A DNA stretch of 64,000 bases from Eledone cirrhosa (Eukaryota). Location of the stretch: contig OZ024742.1 of the NCBI GenBank assembly GCA_964016885.1, positions 159,092,001-159,156,000 on the forward strand. Direction: 5' to 3'. Numbering within the stretch: position 1 is the first letter of the stretch; every line of letters starts with the position of its first letter. Below are positions 28,504 through 39,660 of this stretch, piece by piece. The notes beneath the pieces were generated by a model, which was not told the origin of the DNA, searched no databases, and worked only from the letters and a program-made list of their open reading frames with translations. The translations under genes and the position numbers were made by a program.

Positions 28504-28720
28504 TTAACCCTTTAGCATTCACATTATTTTATATATACTATTATATTTTCATGTAAAAGCTATACCTCACATAATTATCTCACATAATATTGAATCTATG
28601 AGATTTTGAAAGTATTTATTTTGAGAACAATACCTTAACATCAGTTTGAGCGACCAGTTACAGCCAGTTTCAACAGAAAAAGGTAGAGAATGCTGGCCGG
28701 TTTGAACATTAAAGGGTTAA
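28504..28720. mobile_element. piggyBac-type MITE (TTAA|CCCTTTA...TAAAGGG|TTAA)
   Basis: TTAA target duplication and CCC/GGG termini; near-identical copy at 56417-56941. Confidence 0.8.
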
Positions 28721-29228
28721 GATAGCAAATTGACAAAGTTGTTAGGATAACAGATTACAAATGTCTTGGTGTTTGTTCCAGCTCATTGTTCTCTGAGTTC
28801 AAATCCCACTTTCAAGGCCAATAAATAAAGTACCAGTCCAATACTGGAGTTGATTCTCTCTCTCTCTCGGGAGAAATCGACTATGTTTCCACCTGAAAAA
28901 GGATGGGCTCAACTGGGATTTTAAAATGTCCATACAATGAATTAGGACAGTGCCCTTACAACTCCAGTAGGAGTTAAGAGCACTTTACCTTCTTTAATGT
29001 GGGATTAGATAGCAAAGATTCATGACTAACAACAACAAAACGTACAATGAAATGAAATATTTACAACAATGAAGGCTCAGTAGAGGGAATGGTCACTTAA
29101 GACCAATCTAGTGAAAGAGGAAGATGATAAAGCCAAAACAAAGTCGAAGATAGAGACTTAGAAGATTGCTGTTGCAGCACAGATACCGCATGTGTACACA
29201 ATAAGGTAAATATGAAAAGCAAACTTAC

Positions 29229-29278
29229 TTAAGAAAGAAGTCTTCATCATCTGAATCACCAGCATTCAACAGTGAAAC
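29229..29278 (-). CDS. VAMP4: VAMP4 coding exon 2 (VSLLNAGDSDDEDFFL)
   Basis: ttattccAG acceptor, GTAAGT donor; 50 nt, phase 0->2. Dileucine plus acidic cluster like vertebrate NLLEDDSDEEEDFFL. Confidence 0.92.
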
Positions 29279-30879
29279 CTGGAATAATCAAGAAACAAAT
29301 TGGAGTGGAAAATGATATATATGATAAATAATGATTTATTTTGACAAGGAAGTGGGGCGGGGGAGGGGCATAAATTGATTGGATCACACAACCTCAGTAT
29401 ATTGATGTTGCTACAGCTGACACATGTAGATTTAGCCAGCCTACGAGGAGGTATCCAATAACAGGTTTCTTGGGTGTTTTTATGATAGAGGCCCCAATCC
29501 TGTCATGGTCCCCATCATATTGTGGAACCAGACCTATTGTGACTCCAGTCCTATCATGGCGGCACCAGTCATATCATGGCAGCCCCAGTCATACCATGAC
29601 ACCACACCAGTCATGTCGTGGCACCAGTCCTATCGCAACAGGCCTGGTTATATCATGACAAGTCTTATCATGGCAGCCCATCATACCATGACACGAGTCT
29701 TATGTGACCAGTCTTGTCATGGCACCAATCCTATCGTGGCAGCACCAACCCTATCATCATCATCTTCGTTTAACATCCATTTTCCATGCTAGCATAGGTT
29801 AGATGGGAGTTGTCCCACTTGAGGCAAGATTGGTTGGGTGACCGTGTCTCGCTCATATAGGACTATCTGGCAAGTTTTCTACGGCTGAATGCCCTTCCTA
29901 ACACCAACCACATTTACAGTGTGGACTTGGAACTTTTTACCGTGTTACATACACAGCCACATTACAGTGTGGACTGTCATGGCACCAATTCTACATGTTA
30001 ATTTCATGAGCAGGCTGTTCTATTCATCAAACAACTGGGATATTCATCATTGGAACCTAAGTCAATTTCATATGTGTATTTCAGCAAAAAAGTTTGGTTT
30101 TGGGGTAGAAGTGTAATGATATAAAGGATAAAGACCTCCTTTGGTCATGAATAAACATGGGTTTTGCACATAAAATGTCCCCCTCTGAGACACAAGCCCA
30201 GGTAAGGTGTTTTGTGGAAGACCAGCAGTCACTCATGCATTACATGTCTCCTCTCCCCATGACACCAATGTTGTCTACGGGAAAGGTAAAGGCCCATACA
30301 GCTCAGCACGAGTGGCATCGCAACTAATTTTTTTTTCAACTGAATAAAATGGAGCATTTTACTCAAAGATACAATACATCAGAAGGTTTGGGTTCATACA
30401 TATATGTATGAACCCATAATTCCTGATGGAGTTGTGATGGTGCCATAATGTCATGCAGTGATTCTTAACATTTGTAACACCTGGCAGAGCCTATCTCCTC
30501 TCCAGGTCTGGGCAGAGCTGATTTTTTTTTCCAGAGAAAGAGAGAGAGAAGTGAGGAAGAGATTTAGAGGAAGAAACGGCCCTAGTATTTGACTGGTATT
30601 TTTTTAGCGACCTTGAAAGGATGAAAGGCAAAGTTGACCTTGACAGGAATTAAACTCAGCATGCAGAGAGCTGGAATGAATACCACAAAGCATTCTATCC
30701 AACGTTCTAATGACTCTGCCAATTTGTCACGCCTACACACCTATAAGTAGAGGCTAAATAACCAGGTGACTAAGGTATTGCATCAACTGCATGTTGGTCA
30801 CAAGTTCCAATGTGCATAAGTGCATCACAGTAGAATAGGTAACAGATCATTTAGAAATATTACTAGAAATAGATCGAAA

Positions 30880-31660
30880 TTCACCTAAGACACCCTGTAA
30901 AGTAGCTGTGCTGGTACCATAAAATGCGTCCATTACACCGTGCAAAGTAGTTGTGCAGTTACCATGATAAAATGCATCCAGTACACCTTGTAAAGTAGTT
31001 GTAATGGTATGATAATAAAATGCATCCAGTACACCCTGTAAAGTTAAAGTAGTTGTGATGGTATCATAAAATGTACCCAGCTTACTTTGTAAAGTGGTTG
31101 TGCTGATGTCATGATAAAACGTACCTGGCTTACTTTGTAAAGTGGTTGTGCTGATGTCATGATAAAATGTACCTGGCTTACTCTGTAAAGTGGTCGTGCC
31201 ACAATAAAATGCATCCAGTACACCCTGCAAAGTAGTTGTAATGGTATCATGATAAAATGTATCCAGTACACCCTGTAAAGTAGTTGTGATGGTATCATAA
31301 TAAAATGCATCCTGTACACCCTGTAAAGTAATTGTGCTGTTGCCATGATCAAATGCATCCTGTGCACTATGTAAAGTGTAAATGCTAGTGCATTATAAAA
31401 TACACGCAGTACAATCTGTAAAGTAGTTAGTTGTGCTGGTGTCATGATAAACTGCATCCAGTACACTCTGTAAAATAGTTGTGCTAGTACCACAATAAAA
31501 AATGCACCCTGTACCCTTTCTAAAATAGTTGGCATTAGAAAGGGCATCCAGTCATATAAATCGTGTCAAAAATGGAAGAGATGTAGATCTTCAACCAGTC
31601 TAGTCTCCGACATTGACATCCTGCCCAACACATGCCAGCATGGAAAACAAACATAAAACA
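30880..31660 (+). repeat. ~48-bp degenerate minisatellite (~14 units) expanded inside an RTE-type 3' UTR
   Basis: Unit ~catccagtacaccctgtaaagtagttgtgatggtatcatgataaaatg, running into ggcattagaaagggcatccag..catgccagcatggaaaa. Confidence 0.85.
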
Positions 31661-31945
31661 ATCAGACAATGGGACAATAAGAAGCACATTCTACACATGA
31701 TAACAAATTGTTTTGTGAGAAGAAATATTTTGATATTATAAAAGTGACATTCTATGTAATCTAACCACTACAGGTGGTTATTCACGCAATCTAGGCAAGT
31801 AGAGTGTCAGAGAGCTAAATATAACTGTTATCTGACACATAACTTATAATCCAAGCAACACAAAGCAAATGTAAAAATATTAACATTCAAAATGTTTACT
31901 CCATTATCATAACACAATATGTGAGTGTTTATATTTATATATATA

Positions 31946-33852
31946 TCATCATCATCATCGTTTAACGTCTATCTTCCTAACACCAACTACGTTTACAGTG
32001 TGGACTGGGAGGTTTTTACCGTGTTACCTACATGGCCACATTACAGTGTGGACTGTGTGTTTTTTTGTCATGACACCTACACGACTTCATTTATTTAGGA
32101 CTGGATGTTGTGGTACCAACATAACTTTACATCGAAAGGGTGGTGTGGATGCGATGGGGGGTAGTGGGACGGGGGTGTATTTTTGTTAGAGGTGCCTACT
32201 GACTGTAGGTTTCGCTTTGTACTTAGGCAAGGCGGGTCTTCTGTGTTACTGTGTAGCGCCAAAGATCTCGGTCCAGTGACATTGTCTTGGAGAGGATGTA
32301 AGTGTGTGAGGTCGGAATTTATCAAGTTGTCCCGGGTCTGCCTACTCTGTGGCTACCGTCTATTTTTATCGCCCTGCACTTTTTTTATACAGCTGTCGTC
32401 TTTCATGCGCATCACGTGACCATACCAACGTAGTCTTCTCTCGAGTAAACAACATCTGATCCCTCTTATTCCTAATTTCTCACTTAGTTCGTTTATGCTT
32501 TGCCGTTCACGTATATTACAATTACACATCCAACGGAGCATGCAAGCTCCGTTCCTCTCCAGTCTGCGTATATCCTCTGCACACAATGCCCAAGTCTCAC
32601 TGCCATGTAACGTTGCTGTTCGTATGCAGGCATCATAGAGCCTGCCTTTCATTTTTAGAGAGAACCCTTTAGCGGCCAATAGTGGTATAAGCTCCCTGAA
32701 CTTTTTCCATCCAGTTCTGACTCTAGCTACTGTACTTTCAGAGCACCCTCCCCCACGGCTGATTTTGTCACCCAGGTAACGGAAGGTGTCCACTCTTTCT
32801 ATAGAACCATCTGTGCAATGGAATGAGCTAGTATTCTGTGGGCACTTGCTACTTATTGCACCTGAGCACCGGCCACATATAAAATCTATATTCTTAGTTA
32901 GCTTACCTGTGATCCCACTACATCTTTTATGAACCCATACTTTGCATTTGGGACATAAAATGGAGTTTCTGCCTACTCCGTTCCTACACACTGCGCATGG
33001 CCATTTCCCAGATGGGACCGGTGCCCTATTTACCTTCCTACAAACTAGAACTTTAGTCTTAGACAGGTTAATTTTAAGGCCTTTTGATTCTAGGCCATGC
33101 TTCCATGTTTGGAATTTCTTCTCTAGTTCAGCCATTGATTCGGCTATGAACGTTAGATCATTTGCGTATAAGAGTTCACATGGGCAGCCGGTCTTGAACT
33201 CCTCTGTTATAGCCTGAAGAGCAATAATAAATAGTAGGGGGCTAAGAACGGAGCCCTGATGAACACCAACTTTTACGCTAAACTCTTCACTATCTCTATC
33301 TAAGGCGGGTAAAATTCCCGAGATCCATGGACGAGTTCTCTCCAGCGGTCTCTGTCCCTCATTATCGCTGCCATATCCTGCATCTCCAACAGACCAGTGT
33401 CTGTCCTTAGGGCATCAACATATGTTAACCTTGGTCTTCCTCTTCTAGTGTGTCCATGTAGGGGCTCCCAAAGGAGCACTGAGTGCAATGTCAACTCTGG
33501 ATGTCGGTGAGCATGTCCAGCCAACCTCAGTCTCCTCTGTGTCACTTTTGAGCTGACTTTTGGGATGCTCCCATACAGCTCTGAGTTTTTCATCCTCAGT
33601 GTATACTGATTAATGTTCAGAGCCATCCTCAGCATTCTCGTCTTCACTATATTCGTTGTTAATTCTAACCTTGCTGACTGTTTCTTTATACATGGCTTGT
33701 ATAGCTCTCACAAGCCATTCATCAACACCTAGTTTTCTAAGAGCCCACCAGATAATGGAGAGGCAGACTCTGTCAAAGGCTTTCTCCAAGTCAACAAAAG
33801 CTAAGTATAGGGGTTTACTTTTAGCTAGGTACTTCTCCTGTAGTTGTCGTAG
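31946..33852 (-). mobile_element. RTE LINE 3' half with (GAT)n tail, split at 33294-33640
   Basis: LRQLQEKYLAK..DLEKAFDRV..EEFSVKVGVHQGSVLSPLLF..ORF 32353-33135. Confidence 0.9.
33294..33640 (-). mobile_element. Nested 3' fragment of a different RTE/RTE-X-like LINE with a 10-bp TSD
   Basis: ORF 33300-33647 (RRLRLAGH..RGRPRLTY); TAGA-type tail; TCTTCACTAT duplicated at 33284-33293 and 33641-33650. Confidence 0.88.
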
Positions 33853-35110
33853 AATCAAAAGGCCTTAAAATTAACCTGGCTAAGACTAAAGTTCTAGTTT
33901 GTAAGAAAGAAAATAAGGCGGCGGTCCCCTCCGGCAAGTGGCCATGCTCAGTGTGTAGGAAAGGCGTAGGTAGAAACTCCATTTTGTGTCCCAAATGCAA
34001 AGTATGGGTGCATAAAAGATGTAGTGGGATCACAGGTAAGCTAACTAAGAACATAGATTTTACATGTGGCCGGTGTTCTGGGGCAATAAGTAGCAGCAAG
34101 TGCCCAAAAAATACTAGCTCTTTCAACTGCGCAGAGGGTTCTATAGAAATAGTGGACAGTTTCCGTTACCTGGGTGACAAAATCAGCAGTGGGGGAGGAT
34201 GCTCTGAAAGTACAGTAGCTAGAGTCAGAACTGGATGGAAAAAGTCCAGAGAGCTTATACCGCTATTAGCCGCTATTAGGGTTCTCCCTAAAAATGAAAG
34301 GCAGGTTGTACGATGCTTGCATACGAACAGCAATGTTGCATGGCAGTGAGACCTGGGCATTGTGTGCAGAGGATATACGCAGACTAGAGAGAAACGAAGC
34401 TTGCATGCTCCGCTGGATGTGTAATAATAATATACGTGAACGGCAAAGCATAAACGAACTAAGGAAAAAATTAGAAATAAGAGGGATCAGATGTTGTTTA
34501 CTCGAAAGAAGGCTACGTTGGTATGGTCACGTGATGCGCACGAAGGACGATAGCTGTATAACAAAGTGCAGGGCAATAAAGATAGGCGGTAGCCACGGAA
34601 TAGGCAGACCCAGAAAAACCTGGGACGAGCTGATAAATTCCGACCTCACACACTTACACCTCACCAAGACAATGTCACTGGACCGAGACCTTTGGCGGTA
34701 CTCAGTAATAGAGAAGACCCGCCTTACCTAAATACAAAGTTAAACCTACTACAGTCAGTAGGCATCTCTAACAAAATACACCCCCGTCCCACCACCCCCA
34801 CCCATCCACACTGCCCCTTTCAATGTAAAGTTATGTTGGTGCCACAACATCCAGGCCGAAACAAATGAGATCGTGTAGGTGTCACGTCAAAAAACACACA
34901 GTTCACGCTGTAATGTGGCCGTGTAGGCAACACGGTAAAAACCTCCCAGCCCCACACTGTAAATGTGGTTGGTGTTAGGAAGGGCATCCAGCTGTAGAAA
35001 ACCCGCCAGCAAGATAACCACTCTTGCCTCAAGTGGGAAAACCCTCCGTCCAAACCCATGCAAGCGTGGAACACGGACGTTAAACGATGATGATGATGAT
35101 GATGATGATG
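33850..35110 (+). mobile_element. RTE LINE 3' fragment with complete 3' UTR and (GAT)n tail
   Basis: ORFs 33951-34349 and 34294-34731; tail runs into (TA)n. Confidence 0.9.
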
Positions 35111-35196
35111 ATATATATATATATATATATTAGTCTCGATTATATATATATATATATATATATATTAGTCTCGATAATATAGATACATCTCACCAT

Positions 35197-35237
<41 letters not shown>

Positions 35238-35819
35238 CACTGGTATCAACCTGTCTATGGTAGGGCCAATAACACTGTTAAAACTCCATGTAGTACAGAA
35301 GTAATGATTCCAACAAGATCAAGTGATGAGACTTCTTGTTTTTGTAGAAGGCTTTCATCATATTGGATTTTGTTGAGCATTCAAATGAACTATAGTCATG
35401 TATATATATATATCTGTTAGAGACGCAGTGACTAACAACAGAATGTTTTAAGTCTGCGTGTCTGACATATATGCGTAGCTTGTGAATAAAAAAAATTCAT
35501 GGGGTTTCGCTGGCCATGGTGATCCCTGCCAAACATCTTTTGTAATGTATCGTCTTATTGGCTAATCAACCAATGAGAGTAATTGTTGCTTAAAAGCATC
35601 CGCCACTTTGTTTGCACGTTTATTTATCGTTTCGCTTTCGAATCTTCCTCCTGTATTTCGTCGTTTATCATCAAAATATTTTTCTCGTTTTGGTAAATTA
35701 CATTGTTAACTTATACATGATTTTTTTTAAATTTATATTAACTATTTTTTTTTCAGTTCGTTATAACATGCTTATAATATTGGTTGTATCATATTTACTT
35801 GTATATTTGTCCATATTAT

Positions 35820-36680
35820 TCTCTCCATTTTTTTCCCTGGTCCATTCATCTATCTGTATCATTTCTTCCAGAATCCAATCTTTGCTTTTTCAATGCTATT
35901 CGATAATTCTATCTGATTGTTCAAAACAATCTTCTTGTATTTTTAAATTCCCATAATTCTTCTGTTTTATATGCCCAAAATTTGAGGATTTTATTTAAAC
36001 CGTAACCTTCTCTGCTCCCTCCTATTCTTCACCCCCCCCCCCCCCTTTATATCATGCTGGTTCTCTTTCAATCCCTTCCTCTCTCTCCAAATATAAAATA
36101 AATCTGTTGCAAGTAGGAAACTCAGAATTCGTCAACCCCTTTTCAGGAGAGGCTGCTCGCTCTGTGAAATGTAACGTAATAATGCTATTTCTTTACTCTT
36201 CTCTCCATTTTTTTCCCTGGTCCATTCATCTATCTGTATCATTTCGTCCAGAATCCAATCTTTGCTTTTTCAATGCTATTCGATAATTCTATCGTTCAAA
36301 ACCATCTTCTTGTATTTTTAAATTCCCATAATTCTTCTTATTACTGTTATATATGCTTGTTAAATTATGCCCAAAATTCGAGGATTTTATTTAAACCTTA
36401 ACCTTCTCTGCTCCCTTCTATTCTTCACTCCCCCCCCCCCCCCTATATCATGCTGGTTCTCTCTCAATCCCTTCCTCTCTCTCCAAATATAAAATAAATC
36501 TGTTGCAAATACGAAACTCAGAATTCGTCAACCCCTTTTCAGGCTAGGCTGCTTGCTCGGTGAAATGTGCCCAAAATTCGAGGATTTTATTTAAACCTTC
36601 TCGTCAACCCCTTTTCAGGCTAGGCTGCTCGCTCGGTGAAATGTGCCCAAAATTCGAGGATTTTATTTAAACCTTCTCGC
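35820..36680. repeat. ~380-bp tandem duplication plus two deleted partial units
   Basis: 35820-36172 matches 36200-36568, followed by gcccaaaattcgagg.. units at 36569 and 36645. Confidence 0.85.
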
Positions 36681-36964
36681 TAACTACCCCATATCCCTCC
36701 CACCCGCCCCTACTCGCCACCATTATTACGTGGACCAATCATAAGTCAGCGGCCTATGCTATCACTTCTTAAGTTTAGACCTGGTTGCCTTTCGATATGA
36801 TGGATGGACTACGGAATTCTGGAGAGTTTGAAAAGAAAATATCTGGACACTCAGTGACAATGCCAAAGATAAAGACAAATTACCTCATGCTGCCGGACGA
36901 GAATGCAAGGACTCCTCTTTATTTCGGCAGCAGATGGCTAACATAACCCCAGATGGCTAACAAT

Positions 36965-37930
36965 CAACAGAGCAAAAGTGGGCAGCTGAATTTAGGAGGA
37001 GAAGGGAGAGTCTTGAAGATGACACAAGGTTTGAATATCTGAAAACTGACACCACTGCAGAAAATATTGATCGAGTTCACCACATGGTGATGGATGACAG
37101 GTGGTTGACTATAAATCAAATAGTTAATGTTATTAACAAATTCCGTGAGAGTGTTGAGAATATTCTGCACAATGAACTTGGCATGAAGAAGGTTTCTGCT
37201 CGGTGGGTACCATGTCTTCTGACACCTGATCAAAAGCACCCCAGACTGATCACATCAGTTTGAGGCACATACAGCTGGTTTCCTTGAACATTTTCTAAAC
37301 CAGTATGAGTGTTGGCTTCATCACTTTGAGCCAGAGAAAAGAGACAATCCATGCAGTGGAAACACCCCTCCTCGCCTGCTCCAAAGGCCAAGGTCATTTC
37401 ATTAGCAGGGAAGGTGGTGGCCTCCGTTTTGAGGGATGCAAAAGGTGTTGTATTTACTGACTCTCTTCAAAAGGGACACACCATCAATGGAGAGTACTAT
37501 GTAAACTTGCTGAGGCAGTTGTGAGAGGCTATCAAGATCAAATGCCCAGGAAAACTGAGATAAACGATCTTGTTTCATCAGGACAAAGCTCCAGCACACA
37601 AGTCCTTGGTTTCAATGACTTCTGTGACTTTGAACTGGCTGGTCCCTATTCTCTTGATTTGACCCACTCTGACTATCATCTGTTCCCCAACAGGAAAATA
37701 TTACTTGGCTGGGAATCAGTATTGCAATCATAATGATGTCATATCTCCTGTTGATGACTTTTTTTACCAACAGGATGAAAGCTCTTTCACCAATGGGATC
37801 CAAGCAATGCAACACCAATGGAATAAGTGTGTGGACTGCTAAGGGGACTAAGTTGAAAAATAAACCTTATTTGGTCACATTCCATGAGAGTACCTTGGTC
37901 AGCTTGTGAACTTTTCAGCTGACCCTTGTA
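36965..37930 (+). mobile_element. Decayed Tc1/mariner (mariner-type) transposon, right TIR present
   Basis: KWAAEFRRRRESLEDD..ILHNELGMKKVSARWVP..LLTPDQK, PYSLDL..SDYHLFP; ends gaacttttcagctgacccttgTA. Confidence 0.88.
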
Positions 37931-38890
37931 CATTAGGTCTCTTATTAGTGAGGTGAACACTTTGCACTTAAATTTCATCCTTGCTAAATTAAAGACATTT
38001 CCTGTGGTACAATATCTTACTACATATACTCCTTCATTGTTGTTTTGGAAAGCATGATGGAACATGGTAGAAAAATATATTACAAAGAGAGAAGGTGCAT
38101 CAAGGTCTCCCTGTTTCACCATTTTCCACTGCAAAAGGCTGAGAGATTGTACCTCCAAAGTTAACTCTGGTTTTCATGTCTTTATGAAGAGCTTTCAATA
38201 TATTTACAAACATTTGAGGACTTCCAAATTTAGACAAAATCAAACATAAGGCATTCCTATTAACAGTATTGAATGCCTTGCTGAGATCAATAAAACAAAA
38301 GTAGAGAATGAGGTTCTATCCAATAGATTTTTCCTGCAGTTGTCTGATTGTGAAAATAATATCACTAGTGCCTTTTTTCACACAAAAACCATATTATGAC
38401 TCGAGCCACTATGAACTTATTAAGCCATTCCAAAAGGACAGTTATTAGAAGCTTACCAACAACAGACAATAGGAAATGCCCCTCTAATTACCACATTGGT
38501 CTTTGGCACTAAATTTTAAAAGGGAGTCCAAGACAGCATCAACCCAGTCTTGTGGAACTTCTTCCTTCCTCCAACAATGAAGTATTACAGCATGTAAATG
38601 TTCTACCATTTTCTCCCCTCCATGTTTGAGAACCTCAGCATTAATACCATCCTGGTCAGATGATTTATTGCTATTTAATTTATGTAGAGCAGAAGCAATG
38701 TCATTTCTAGTTGGTTTTCATGCCATTTCAACTACAATTGGGTAGCTTTTCATTAAATTCAATGTTTATGTTGACATTAGAGGGCCTGTTAAGGAGCTTT
38801 AAGAAGTGTTCTACCCAACAGTCAGCCTGAAGAATAGCAACAGATGGACGATTGCATGTACCAAGAGCATTTGAAATGGCTCACTTTTCA
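37931..38890 (-). mobile_element. Decayed RTE (BovB-like) LINE RT fragment
   Basis: DIIFTIRQLQEKS..FIDLSKAFN..VKQGDLDAPSLF..SLIRDLMY; truncated by the mariner. Confidence 0.75.
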
Positions 38891-39026
38891 AGCCCAGTTT
38901 TATTCAACCAGAGGGAGTATAAGATAAATTATCTATGATACATGTATATATATATATATATATGCCGAACCACTTCATTACTGGGTGGACCTGCATGGTC
39001 ACCAGCATATCATAATGATTGCATAA

Positions 39027-39066
39027 GCATCTGACGAAGTCTCATGAATAACCATAATGCAATAAA
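39027..39066 (+). ncRNA. Decayed minimal hammerhead-like motif in a TA-flanked ~150-bp island
   Basis: GCAU-CUGACGA-AGUCUCAU-GAAU-AACCA-UA^AUGC-AAUAAA; the GAAA box and stems II/III are damaged. Confidence 0.45.
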
Positions 39067-39164
39067 CAATTATGGTGATTTAATCCTATCTTAACTAACA
39101 TTATTTGATATATATATATACAGAAAATAACTGTAAACACAGTTGGTTGCTGTAAATAATCTTC

Positions 39165-39660
39165 TTCTTCACCCACTTATTCCTGAGAGGGTTATGGCAA
39201 CAGAGTCCTCAAACTCTCCTTCCAGAGAGTCTTGTCAGAAGTAACCATCTCCAACTCATCCAGCTGGATCCCCAAGCGAGACCCAGCCAAGCTCACCAAT
39301 GTTATCAAACCATCTTACTCACGGTCTACCCCAAGTCTCCTGTCGATTGGTTTTGCCTGTAAAATCTGTCCAGTGATTCTTTCCTGAGACATTTTAACAA
39401 CATGCCTATAATATCAGAACTGTGATCTCTCAATTTGGAGAAGTAGAGCTCTACCTGGAATGATTCTCTGATCTCCAAGCTACACACTCTATTGAGTAAC
39501 ATTACTCAAAAGATCCTTCAGGGGAACCCCATTTCGGCCAGCCACTTATATTCACAATGTTATTCTTTTGGTCATTACTCAAGATTCATGACCATAGGTA
39601 AAGGTTGGCATGAATACTGAATTGAAGATAGTAAGTTTGGCTTTTACACCTACCTTCCTT
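39165..39660 (-). mobile_element. RTE-like LINE 3' fragment with (GAA)n tail
   Basis: Homologous to 43606-44400 and 21855-22100. Confidence 0.7.

Noticed and set aside
33095-35110. Twin-priming explanation for the RTE inversion at 33850
   Set aside because: The minus copy continues to its own tail and differs in sequence from the plus copy, so two insertions fit better.
35255-35370. Possible long-stem-II hammerhead on the minus strand (CCAAU-AUGAUGA..UUAACAGUGUU-AUUGG) in a TA-flanked island
   Set aside because: Both core boxes are mutated; cannot be distinguished from chance by eye.
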